64,000 nt of DNA, from assembly GCF_006345805.1 (NCBI RefSeq), contig NC_042999.1, forward strand, positions 90,520,001 through 90,584,000. Reading direction: 5' to 3'. The notes under the pieces are model-generated. The model was not told the DNA's origin. It did not search any database and was given only the letters and a program-made list of their open reading frames with translations. The DNA comes from Octopus sinensis (Eukaryota). Each line of letters opens with the position of its first letter. The first letter of the stretch is position 1. Below, in pieces: positions 12,790 through 25,798 of the stretch. A program made the translations under genes and the position numbers.

Positions 12790-14341
12790 TTCACAATCTC
12801 CACACAGGTCGGATCACTGATGACCTCAAGGAATGCACTGAGCTTATTGCTGAACGCTATGCTGGCTTTTTACGGCTGAAAATCTCAATGTGCCTTCTTC
12901 ACCAACTCTGATATAAAATTCCGTAATATTTATGAAATTCACATCCACAATACTGCAACGCCACCTCAAGAATAAGTGCAACTATGCCTTTCCTGGTCTT
13001 GATTGTGTTACTTATTTCCTTCTCAAACACGGTAGGTTCTTTCTATTGCACCAGCTTTCTTCCTTTTTTCAAGTCTGCCTTAACTGTATCACTCCAGAGT
13101 ACTGGAAAATTACCAGTGTCATTCCTCTGTTCAAAAAAGGTGATCACACATCACCTGTCAACTACCGTCTGGTCAACCTTACTAGCTGCATCACCAAACT
13201 GATGGAGTCCTGTGTCAGAGAAACACTCTGGAACTTTTGGAGCTCTCACAGCCTTATTCGACCCCCACAATTTGGTTTCATCCCTAACTCCAGCTGCTGT
13301 AGTCAACCCATCAAGTTTCTTGAGGACATCACTTGAGTTACTGATGGTGACTCATGGGTGGATACTGTCTACCTTGATTTTGCTAAGGAACTTCAACTCT
13401 GTGCCACACAAACAACTCATGGTAAAACTCTCTGCAATGGGTGTGAAGGGCGATCTCTGTAACTGGAAGAAGTCCTTCATTCTTGGTTGGAAAGAGGTAG
13501 TTACAGTTCAGGGACATCATTCTTCACCCTACGAGATGACTTCTATCACAAGGATCTGTTTTTGGACCCCTACTGTTTGTTGCATATATTAATGATATAG
13601 ATACTAATTTGAGGAATGTTGCAGTACTGAAATATGCAGATGACATCAAGCTATACCTCGAAATAAAAAGAATAGATGCTGTGTGCTATAGATCTTTCCT
13701 GCAATCAGACCTGGATACAATGTAACAATGGATCTGTGACTGACAATTCAAGCTAGCATCACCATGCATTTTGGGAGGAAAAAATCCAGCTTTTACATAC
13801 TCTCTCAGCAACACCAATCTCAAGAAGTCTTCTAGCAGATGTGAACTGGGTATTATTGTAAAACAATGATCTGCATTGGACAAACCACATCTCTAAGCTT
13901 GTCAAGAAGGCTGAGGGGGTGACAGCATCACTCACTAAGACCTTTGCCAGCTGCTCTCAATGGTACGTCCACACTTGGAATTTGCATCACCAGTCTGGAT
14001 CTCCTATCTTGCTCAGCATATAAATCTCCTGGAAGCTGTTGAGAATGAATACCTGCTGTCAGACATCTACCATATTCTGAACGTCTTGCTTCCTTGAGCA
14101 TGAGTATATTGAAGATCAGATGTCTGGTAACTGACTTGATCAACACCCACAAGATTACCGCCATCTTTCCAACAATAACCTTGGGCACTTTTTTGAATTC
14201 CATATGATAAACACTCACTGACATGCTTATAAAATTAAAAAAAAACAACACAGTACCCATGACTTTCAGAAACATTTTTTCACATTGAGAATTGCTGAAG
14301 CATGGAATAAACTACCCGCACCAGTTGTTAGCTGTCGAGAC
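12790..14341 (+). mobile_element. Degenerate CR1-type LINE reverse transcriptase
   Basis: WKITSVIPLFKKGD..VNYRLVNLTSC, QFGF, YLDFAK, LKYADDIK and the C-terminal HFFTLRIAEAWNKLP. Multiple frameshifts. Confidence 0.88.
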
Positions 14342-15017
14342 ATTATATATATATATATATATAAATATATATATATACAAACACATATGTGTGTGTTGAC
14401 TTTCTGTGCAACATTTTATGGTTGTTAGTCAATGTAATGTCACACCCCACTTCTGTTCTCACTCACTGGTACCCAACACAATGTTCAATATTTGGTGCAA
14501 GACTTTCTCTCTTTCCTATCTATTTCTCTGTCCTTCTCCTCTCCCCTCTTCAGCACAAAACTTTCCCCATCTATTTCTATTTGCCTCTTTACTTATCTGC
14601 TGCCTTTCTCTCTTTATTGCCTTGCATTTCTCCCTCTGTCCATCTATATTAACTACCTACTGTCTATCTTTATTCCCTTTTTTTTCTGCACCCTTTCTTT
14701 TTTCATACTTCCCCAACCTTCTCTATTCCACTCTGTTTCTCTTTCTTCATCTTTTGGTACCAAAAGACCATCCAATTTTTTATCACTCATCTTTTTTCTA
14801 CTTGACCAGCGCATAGGGAAAACGTATTTTGTTTCATCTCCTGCCTAGCACTCTCTTCAGACCTAGTTTACCCTTTCACTTTTCATTCTTTTCTTTCCTT
14901 CTGTCTTTCTTCCCTTCTATCCCATCTTTCTATCCTTCTGACCCTTCTCATTTTACCTTTGGAACACAAGCACCACTATTTTCTTCCTTTTTTATTAGTT
15001 TCCGTCATGTAGTATCC

Positions 15018-17264
15018 CACATTTTGAAATACTTGCTGATTGACTTTTCTGGGTTAATTTTTAATGCTGATTACGAATCTGAAGTCTGATTTCCTTTATC
15101 AGGTCACATTTCCATGTTAATGATACCTGCTGTTTTAACTTATAGGATACGTAAAGCATGTCTATATAAAGTTTTTTGAATAGAAGATATGATAATTTCA
15201 TGGCTTTTTATTGTACAAAATTAAAATTATTGTGTACAAATAAGTTACAATACACTGAAAAGCATAACAACTTGAAATCTTTGGGATTTGGACTTTCTAT
15301 GGTGTTTTGTCTCAGGTTCATCCTTGTATAACATCCAACAATAGTCAGTTAACATTCCTGCATTCCAAAATCCTTGATATCCTTGTTCCATCGATGCAAT
15401 ATCTTGAGGAAAGCATTCCCCTTGTTCATCAGACACTGCTCCAAGGTTCTCTGCAAAAAAGTCCAGATGGGAATCCAGGAAATGGACTTTTAGTAACATC
15501 CGACGGCCCATTGCAGTGTAGGAGTCTAGAAGACATTTTACTCCATTTCTAAACTCTAGAGATCTCTTGTTGCTTAGGAAATTTTCACAGAGCCATTTGA
15601 AGGATTCCCAGGCTCTAAGCTCAATCTCATCCAGTGCTGTGAGGAAGTGGTTGTCCTTCAGGAGTTCTTTTATCTGCGGACCTATGAATACACCCTTCTT
15701 CAGTTTTGCCTCAGTGATTTTTGGAAATTTGGCCTTCACATATTCAAAACCTTTTGAGCTTTTCCTGGCAAGTGTCTTCATGAATTGTTTCATGAGGCCA
15801 AGGTCTATGTGAAGAGGAGGAAGAACATTTTCTGGGTTTAAAAGTGGCTTACTCTGGACGCTAGAAACTCCCGGCTCATATGATTTTCGCAAAGGCCACT
15901 CTGATTGCACATAGTGCTTGTTAGTTGTACAACTGTCCCATAGGCATAGAAAGCAACAATATTTTGTGAACCCAGATTGCATTCCCATCAACATTCCAAT
16001 CACCTTCAAGTCTCCACATATTTTCCAGCTGTAGTTTGTATACTTTATGGTATATGAAGAGTACTTGCATGTTTTCATAACACTCCTTCATGTGCACTGA
16101 ATGTTCTATGGGAATGGATGGTTTCTTATAGCTGTTGTGTAGTAGTACTGCCTTGAAGCTTCTCTTAGGTGAATCAATGAACAAGCGCCATTCAGCTGGA
16201 ACTTGCTCTTAGAACAAACCATGAAATAACTCATCAGTGTTATTACTGAAACAAAGTGGTCCATCAACAGAGAAGCATGAAGTCAAATCCCTATTTCTCT
16301 TCCTGAAACGAGTAATACAAACATCTTTCTTAAGCAGACACTTTTCTTGTAGGCAAGATGCTAATAGTTCAGCTTTATTCCTGCGACAATGACAAGTCTC
16401 TAACTAAATCATTTAACTCTCCTTGAGAAAATTTCTGTGGTACGTCTTCATTTTCAATCATGAAATCTGCCTCCACTTCAGTGTCTTCCACAGCAGTAGT
16501 ATTTTCTTCAAGAAATACATCTCCGTCAGACATCTGAAGGTCACTTTCTGGTTGTATTGGAATAGGAAGATCATCATCGTTGTGTGGTACTGGTCTTCTT
16601 GCTGATTTCAAATTGGGATACACAATCTTATGCTTGGTCTTTTACAGTAAACCCACATGCATTAACATTGCAGAAATAACAGTCCATGAAATGATCCTTT
16701 GGCTCTCTCCATGTCATAGGTATTGCAAACAGCATTGCTCTCTTCCTGTTATTTAACCAATCCCTTAGTCCATTTGAACAAGCTGAGCAGATGATGTGTG
16801 GGGCTCAACTCTTATCTTGATCCCCCAAGAGAGCAGCCAAAGTATATCTGGCAGATTTTGATTTCGCTTGTGATGGCACATTGCTAAGCTTTGGTAGTAA
16901 ATGAACCACAGACATGACAAAATATATCAGGACTGTTCTTGCAATGCCTTGACATCCTGAGTAGAATTTGATGAAGATGATGACTTGGCACCTTAAACAG
17001 AAAGTAAAATTTATGAAAAGAAAAGATTATGAAAACGTAAAGTTACAAAATTAATACAAATAGTTATAAAACAGAAATCAGAATTTACCTGTATAGGACA
17101 TTTACGTGTAGCGATACTGCTGATGGGAGTTATATACCTCTCTTATCTCATTAGAAAAACTGTGCCTGATAGAAGGAAACCTATTACATTTTTGAAATCT
17201 ACAGACAAAACTACACATAAAACACCATATAATATCCCTGATGAAAATTGGCTGTTGACCAGTG
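15018..17264 (-). mobile_element. Chapaev3-like (CMC superfamily) DNA transposon with a decayed transposase
   Basis: N-terminal CKNSPDIFCHVCG..LGDQDK..PHIICSAC..WREPKDH..CYFC; 277-aa ORF with LPPLHIDLGLMK, FIGPQI, KVHFLDSHLDFF, LGAVSDEQGE. Terminus CACTGGTCAAC at 17264. Subterminal inverted similarity (cctgat..aaggaaa) near 15095 and 17165. The left end is uncertain. Confidence 0.8.
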
Positions 17265-18658
17265 TTATTATACCTGCATTTGTTTTAATGTTAACATTGA
17301 TAACATCCAAATTTTTCATAAAAAAAGTTTAGACCTGGGTTTGCACCCACTAAGGAAATTTTGTTGCTGGACCACTGCAAATGGATGCTAAAATGATATT
17401 GCTGCTGCTGCTGATGTTTGGAGATGAAATCATTAAAATATTTCCATCTTCACTATGTTTCAGCTGTTTTATCTCAGAACATCATCAAGTGTCTTATTCA
17501 TGGGTATGCACATAGCACCTGACTGAATTTGAACAAATAACATTTTTCTTCATCTTACACCACTGTTTCCACAATTTCTCTGACTACTACATTGAAACAG
17601 ACATAACACAAATGGTTGATGCTTAAGTTTACTCATTATTCAAGCCTGAGAATCTGTTAAAATATTGTTCTTAAAATTCCTGTCACGTTTACTAAACCAC
17701 TTGCATTTTAGTGTGACAGAATAATGAAAAAATGGCACTAAATTCCTGTGTAAACTTTTATATTTTTCTCAACTGGAATTAAATTAACTCTAATTAATGA
17801 ATCAGAATTGATCTATTGTTTTTATAACAACGTTTTTAAGCCATCACAATCTTTAGCAGTAAATCATGATAATCACTAGTAGCATCAACAGCAGCATCAG
17901 CATCAGAAGCAACGGCAACAACAGCAACAGTACCCCCACCACTGCCACTTCTGCTGCTGCTGCTGCTGCCACCACCATCACCACCACAGTCAGGTTAGGG
18001 GTGAGTGGGTGGGTAAATTTGCAAGATTGTGAGAGGAGAGGAAGGTGGAAGGGAAGCCGACTAATATCTCCTTCCCACATATAATGCTCTGAGAACCACA
18101 TTATATAATATAATCATTTTTTCTAAGATGATTTGGTGTGGATTGAGAAAGATTTGACTAATATTTTTGGTAGGTTAGGAATATTATTCTGGTTAAGTCT
18201 CTTAGAGATTAAGCCCCTGGAGGATGGATATTTATTTACTCTTTTTCTTAAAAAGAAATAGTCTAATATAAACTATGGTATATGAAATATACCAAAAAGT
18301 CATGTCTGGAACATCCTTGATCATAGGTCTGCTGTATCTAGAGACATATGAACAAAAATTACATTATTCTTTCTACTTTGTCTCATTTTCAAACTCAGCT
18401 TTTCTACTTGTGTTCAATGTAAAGCCAAGGAATTGGTACTTGCCAATTATGAGTTTGAATCCAGATTTTCTGAATTTGACAACTATCTTAGCTTATCCTA
18501 GAATGATAACTTGATAACCAGATTAATTCAAGAATAAAAGCAGCAACTGATCCTAGTACAAATTATTAGCAGTTGTCTTAAAGTTGCTATAACTGTTTGT
18601 TGGCCCATCAATAATAGTTTAACCATTTTGATACCAGGCCATTTGAGACTTCCTGTCG

Positions 18659-19822
18659 TTGGGTTGGTGAAGAAGTCTATTCAGTTTTAGTCAACATTAA
18701 TCTTCAAGGACTTTAATAAGTAACTAATTCCATCTAGTCTGTCCCTTTTGCCTGTACACTTGTTAGATACTTGGTATTTCAATGTAGTTCAATGCAAACT
18801 TGTGACAAGACAGGTTGTATTTTATGTGCTTGGTATCATCCTGAAAATGGAGATCCAAAACGAACATTATCATGCCTTTTTATTTTATTTTAAAATGGCA
18901 AGAAAGTAGTGGAAACCTGCAAGAAGATATGAGCAGGGAAATTCTTCAGTTCAAGTTGCACCTCACTCTGGCTGGCCAACTGAGATTAATAGCAACAACA
19001 TGAAGTCAGTCAGCACCAATCCCTGTTAAACAACTAGGATGGTCGCTGATACTCTCCACATATCCAAATCAAGTGTTGATAACCTTCTGCATCAGCAGGT
19101 TCAATGTTTGGGTCCCACATCAACTGAATGAAGCTAACTTAAAACAATGGATTTCCATTTACAATTCATTGCAGAAACATTGAAGAAAATGATTCTTTTT
19201 TTAAGAGAATAATGACAGGGGATGAAAAGTGGATCGTCTATAACGATGTGAAATGCAAACAATCATGGAGGATGCATGGAGAATCACTACAAACAACCTT
19301 CAAAGCAGGACTTCACTTGAAGAAAGTTATGCTTTCGATTTAAGGGGCTGGAAAAGTGTTGTCTTTTATGAGCTTCTCCCCATGGACAGGACCATCAATT
19401 CAGATGTGTACAGTGGCTAGTTGGATAATTTAAATGCAACGATTCACCAGAAGCATTCTGCACTTACTGATTGTAAGAGCATTGTCTTTCATCATGTTAA
19501 TGCCAGACCACACACTTCTTTGCAGACATGGTAGAAGTTGCTGGGGCTTGACTGTAAAGTTTTACTGCACTCTCCATATTTACCCAACCTTTCACCTTCA
19601 GATTTTCACCTCTCCATTGAATGTCCAGACCTTCAACACTGAAGAAGAATAATAAAGACAGAGAATTCTTTGAACAGGAAATAATGGATTTGCTCACAAT
19701 ATGGCAGAAGACATCGGAAGAAAACAGTAATAATACCATTGACTGAATAAATCACTTTGTGTTTAAAACTTGTGTCATATTTTTGTTCAAAAGAACTGAA
19801 GACTTTTTGGTTAAGCAAATAT
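18659..19822 (+). mobile_element. Degenerate mariner transposon (DD34D type)
   Basis: MEIQNEHYHAFLFYFK, WVPHQL, IMTGDEKWIVY, KKVMLS, FHHVNARPHT. Imperfect TIRs ttgggttggtgaagaagtctattcagtt and aactgaagactttttggttaagcaaata. Confidence 0.88.
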
Positions 19823-22721
19823 AATGCAATAATTCTTGCTTAAAACAAATGTTGTTTAAATTAAAAACTTATAATCTTTATGTAAGAACCTGTTATCAAG
19901 TTATGTACCAACCTTCATTTTTATAACAAAAATATAAGAGATTTTTGTAAATCTTCCAGTTTTAATTATTTTCAAAATTAATTGAAGCACATACACAATA
20001 TATTTCATTAAAAATACAGGCTTAAAAGGGTTTAAATTCTGCCTAAACAGTGTCTTGGTAAAAATCCTGTTTTAAGATTATTAATCTTATTCAGAGTAGA
20101 GACTTGTTTTCTCACTTTGCAAATGTTCTTCTCTATGCTATGCATGCACTTGAACTTTGCGATCAGTGTCAGAAAAAAAGTTAGCTGGTACATGAAAATT
20201 TAATTGGAATTGTTTTGAAACATGGCTGCATATTTTGTATTCACTGTGCATCTTTAAAATAACAGGGAAACCCCGTGTAAAATTGTCAAAACATTTTAAG
20301 CATTAGCAAGGACTCATTTCAGAAATTAACAGCAATCTGATGAGCCAGCAACATTAATAAAATCATTTTTATTTCATTTTTGGCACCACATGTATGTTAC
20401 ATTAAATAGTTATCACCATCAATCACCACCCCATCATCATCATCATCATCATCATTTTGTTTTGGCATCATTGTTGCTATTATTATTGTTCTCTTCTTTT
20501 TCTGTATGTTGGTTATTATAATGAAAATGATCAGTATCAAGATAGTGATGAAAATTTACATGCAGCAACAACAGGTGCAACATTTTCATTGATTGAGTGG
20601 TAAGAGATGTTGATAAATATGACGATGGTGATGATGATGATAGTGGTTGTGAGGAGGAGGATAACACTAAAATGTGGTGGATGAAAATAATGATTGTTTT
20701 TAGGAAGAGAGCTGATTAAACTGATACCAGTGTGTGACTGACACTTATTTAATGAACACCCACCAACAAAAAGATGAAAGACCAAATTGATCTTGATGAA
20801 AACTGAATGTAGAACATAAGGATTACTATTTCAACCTATGAGTATCACTAATGAGTAAAATGCTTTTAGGAACATCTACAGCTTCCCAAAACCTGTTAGG
20901 GACATACACAGTCACTAGACTGAACACCCTGTTCATCTTGCACATCTACAACAGCAACACCCATTACACTCTCTAACTGCCAACTCCAACATATATCATA
21001 ATGCAAACAGGTTACACTGGCAACCAACACCTTAACAACTGTTACATACCTATATAAGCAGGTTGAAAGAGAAAAACGCAGGTTAAAATTATGTTAAATA
21101 ACTTTGGTACTACCCACTTTGTATAACTGATATGCATTAATTTTGACCATTTTACCTTCAAAGGATTGGAGCTAACAGCACAGAAGAACTGATTGAAGTT
21201 GTAAAGAAATATATATTTACCATTACTTAATATAATGCCATACCTCAACGGGCAGGTGAGATATAATTGAAAGAGCATGCGAGGTTAAGAAAGTTAATTT
21301 CAGCCTGTATGTGTACACGTAATCCATAGATAGTGATAGAATGATTTTGTAAGAAAAAAGAAATCAAGCAAGTGAAAGTTATAGAGTCGAGGGAAGTTGT
21401 GTCTCATAGTCGCTGATTGTAACTTTCTCTTTCCTTCTGGCCATTTGGTCTCAAGTAGCTGCATGCTTGTGTCCATGACTCTAGTTGTCCGTTCACTAAC
21501 TGATGGTCACACTCACTAACTGATTTTGCCTTACCAAATTCTAGTATTTATAACTATCCAAAATCAGCTAGAAGGATAGACATATTGTTGAGAGCAATAG
21601 ATTTCGTTGGTGGTACCTGTTATCTTAATTCTAACTTTTGGTGGCCTAGAAGAGGTTAGAAGGGTCAAGTGGCAAAGACATTATTCTGCTAAGCAAAGGC
21701 ATTTGGCAAATGTAACTGTTGTCACTCACAGAAAAACTATTGTTTTACTGTGAGAAAAGTGCTGTTGAACTTATTAAGTGAACTTTGGCGATTGAGGATT
21801 GAATCCACTCTATGCCTGCATGAAGCCACTACAGGCATTTCATCAATACTAGTTTCTAACATAACACAAGACTATATACATTATAGGAGAATTTTCAATC
21901 ACATTGGAAAGATAAAAAAACAAACAAACAAAAAATAATGATTGAAATGAGAAATAAAGAAAGCTTCTATAACTTTTATATTTCAGATGCAAAGACCTAT
22001 CTCCAGAACAAAATAGTTAAAGAAAAATGTATTTGCATAGATCTTGTGATTTTGGATCACCCATGTTATTCTGAAGATAGCCATTTATGCCTGAGTTTCT
22101 AAAACTTTCTGCAATGTTAGGAGGCCTTCTTTATTTCTCATTTCATTAAGTTTTCTACTTCTGTACCACAATGCTTCAAGCAAGCTACAATGTACTTCAA
22201 AAAAATAAATAAAAAAATAAAACCAGTATTTGTAGGATTTGAACTCAGAATGGAAAAGAACTGAACTAATTAACTCAAAGTATTTTATGTAGCAATCTGT
22301 CATCCACCACCATCTGGTGCTGCACTAATTTAATGTTTGCAGGTATAAATGCTGGAATAGAAATTAAAACTAGTCTCTTATCATCATAGTTAGGCCCCAA
22401 TAATGACAAATATGGTGGATATAGAAGTAGGAAAAGGAGGGAGAAGAAAAGGGGGAAAGAGAGAGAGAGAGGGAGAGAGAGAGTGGTGGTGAAGGAAGTA
22501 GTTAAAAGTGATTGAGAGAGAGAGACAGGAAAATTGATTGCCAAACAGAGTAAAAATGAGGGAAAATATTTGCTGAAATTATGTTTAATTATGGACATAT
22601 GTAAATGATTTCCCTTCAAAATTGATTTTGTTGTCAATATATATGCACATAGAAACACATCTGAATGCAAACTTAATTGATATAAAATTCATGAACAATG
22701 ACACATATAGACACACATGCA

Positions 22722-22757
<36 letters not shown>

Positions 22758-23074
22758 CACACACACACACACACAATAATTAATGTTTGCAGGGAAAGGG
22801 TTGACAGTCACTGTGAAGATTCGGCTTAGTACCTGTCATCAGACTGTAAGCCAAAACTTTGAGGTCACTGTTAAATTTTCCCTTGTAAAAATTAATATGT
22901 ACTCTACTAAAAAAGTTATTGGGCAGTTCTTCACTTTAATGTTGAATTGCTTTTATCTATAAATTTACTCTCTCTCTCTCTCTGTATGCTAGCATGGAAA
23001 AATGGACATAAAATGATGATGATGATGATGATGATGATAATGATATATATATATATATATATATACGTATAAAG

Positions 23075-23410
23075 GTAAAGACTCCCTTCATTCATGAATG
23101 ACCATGGGATTCAACCTAAAAAGTTACCCTACGAAGCACAAGTCTGGGCAAGGATGTTTATGGAAGACCAGCAGTTGTCCATGCATACCAGCCACCCTTT
23201 TCCATGCCACTGATGTTATCCAAGGGAAAAACAAATGTTGATGCTGATATGGCTCGGCACCAGTGATGTCCACTCATTTCTAAAGCTGAGTGAACTGGAA
23301 CAAGGTGAAATAAAGCGTCTTGCTGAAGAACACAACACAGCCTAGTCTGGGAATTGAACTCACTATCTCATGATTGTAAACCCAGCACTCTAACCACTGA
23401 GCCATGCACT
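23075..23410 (-). mobile_element. tRNA-derived SINE (family C type)
   Basis: On the minus strand: tggctcagtggttagagtg A box, gagttcaattccc B box, then the ttgtgttcttcagcaagac..gttccagttcactcagc module. Confidence 0.8.
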
Positions 23411-24720
23411 TTCAATAATGCACACACACACACACAAGTGCATAATATATATTATTATAAACATGATTAAACTTAGAACCACTGAGTGAGTTGGTATTCT
23501 ACAGAAAATAAAGAAAATCTTGAATATAGAATAGGTGTACAAGCCACTAAAGAGAACCAGCTAAGGACTCTATACCTTTAAGCCAAGTAACCCCTAACAA
23601 CAAATGCTGTCATTTTATTGTATTAAAAATTAGCTTTTGGAATGTAAGAAAATTTTTTCATTAAGAAACTTAGAAGCGCTGAATGATTTGGTGTTCTATA
23701 GAAAATGAAGGAAACCTTGTATGCAGAATAACTGTGAAAACAGCTTTGAAGATCAGGTAAATACCCTAATAAGATGGAAAAGTGACCAGAAAGCTGCTAC
23801 AAAAAATTGAACTTTATACCTCTGATATTCTGGTTGAGCACTCTTTACTATTAAGGTAAGCAACCACGGTAGAGGGTTTGATTCTCTGTAGTGACTTGTT
23901 GGCAACTTTTTCCATATTCTGAGGGGATATGCTCGATTGTCTAAGCTGTTTTCCCACCTATTCTGCATTCGAGATTTCTTTTATTTTATGTAGAATGTGT
24001 GTATCTCATAGTGTATTCAAAAATTACTCTTCTCACCAAGTAGGCTTGGTGAAGTTACCAGTTTAGTTGCCAATGACTCAACCATGCAACAGGTTGCACT
24101 GAGTTCCATGTTATCAGTAGCATTCTAGAGAGACTTAACATAACACATACGCGTGCGCACACACACACACATATGCATGCATACACACACACACACCCAC
24201 ATCCACCCACACCCATGCACGCACACACACATACAACAAACACACACACACAACATATACACACTTATTGTGAAATTGTTGAAGCACACATTCTATGCTG
24301 CTGATGTAGTCATTAAGGATAATTAACCAGACATAAACATCAGTACTGGAAGATAGTAAGAACTGCAGTTGATTGTTTTTATAAGTCTCTCATTATTATT
24401 ATCTCTTATTACAAGCACTGTATTGGTCTTGTGAGCCATGACACTCAACTCTTCATTACTTTTCATACTGAATATTATGTATTCTCTGCACATGATTGTT
24501 TATTGTCATGTCATTGTGACCTGAGCATTAGATAGTATTAATTCTAATATTCCAAAACATCAGCTGAGCTACCTTAGTAAAACTACCATATACTTTATAT
24601 TTTAATATTCAGTTCACTTGTAAGCAGAAATGTAGCTGAGAGGAGGAAGAAAACAAAATGGAATGTTTTGGATTATAATTTGTCATCTTAAAAAAAATAA
24701 GAAATTGTACTTCAAAGAGA

Positions 24721-24721
<1 letters not shown>

Positions 24722-24751
<30 letters not shown>

Positions 24752-25050
24752 TGTATGTATGTATGTATGTATGTATGTATGCATGTATGCATGCATGCAT
24801 GTATGTACATATGTGTGTGTGTATCTGTGTATCTGTGTATGTACATATGTATGTATGTATGTATGTACATATGTATGTATGTATGTATGTACATATGTGT
24901 GTGTGTATCTCTGTATATGTGTATGTACATATGTATGTGTGTGTGTGAGTGTGTATATGTGTATGTACATACATATGTATGAATATATTTATGAGCATGT
25001 ATGTTTGTGTGTATGTATGTATATGTATCTATGTATGTGTGTTTGTATGT
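24722..25050. repeat. (TATG)n compound microsatellite with a higher-order gtatgtacatat motif
   Basis: Directly visible. Confidence 0.95.
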
Positions 25051-25332
25051 AAGTATGCATATATCTAGCACGCATTTCATTGTCCTCTTTAATATTTTCC
25101 CTTTCTCTCTCATGTAATTTTGGGGCTTGCTTCTCTCATGACATTTGGGGTTTCACACATGCTAAAAGCAATTCCCCCTAATTATTTCTTGTCCATTTGT
25201 CTCCTTTTGAATTTATGTATTTTGCATGTTTAACTCACTTCCGTCACCACATCCATCCTTAATAGGCAGCTTCATAATGTAAATGGACAACATAAGATAT
25301 GTATATATATATATATATATAAAACAATAAAC

Positions 25333-25637
25333 ATTGCCCTTTTCAAGCCTAGCCAGGCTCATGGGCCCGGTTTCCCAGTTTCTGTGGCATATGTGTTCCC
25401 CCCAGCTGGACGGGACACCAGTGCATTACAGCATTACTCAAGAAACAGGAAGAGAGAGTGAGAGAAAGTTGTGGCGAAAGAGTACAACAGGGGTCGCCAC
25501 CAACCCCTGCCAGAGCCTCGTGGAGCTTTTAGGTGTTTTTGCTCAATAAACACACATAATGCCCGGACTGAGAATCGAAACCGCAATCCTCTGACCGTGA
25601 GTCTGCTGCCCTAACCACTGGGCCATTGCGCCTCCAC
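25333..25637 (-). mobile_element. tRNA-derived SINE (family D)
   Basis: Reverse complement begins gtggaggcgcaatggcccagtggttagggcagc..ggtttcgattctc (A and B boxes), followed by a distinct body. Confidence 0.8.
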
Positions 25638-25762
<125 letters not shown>

Positions 25763-25798
25763 TGTATGTATGTATGTATGTATGTATGTATGTATATA

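Noticed and set aside
21160-21265. Acceptor and GTGAGA donor pair suggesting an exon
   Set aside because: Stops in all three frames; no coding support.
23485-23760. Two diverged 50-bp repeats resembling duplicated alternative exons
   Set aside because: Differences are mostly non-synonymous, and only one copy has a donor-like site.
24609-25113. Long ORFs rich in YI/HT/VC, poly-I/N/L/V/K (also at 5.6, 11, 29, 37, 45 and 57 kb)
   Set aside because: They are translations of microsatellites.
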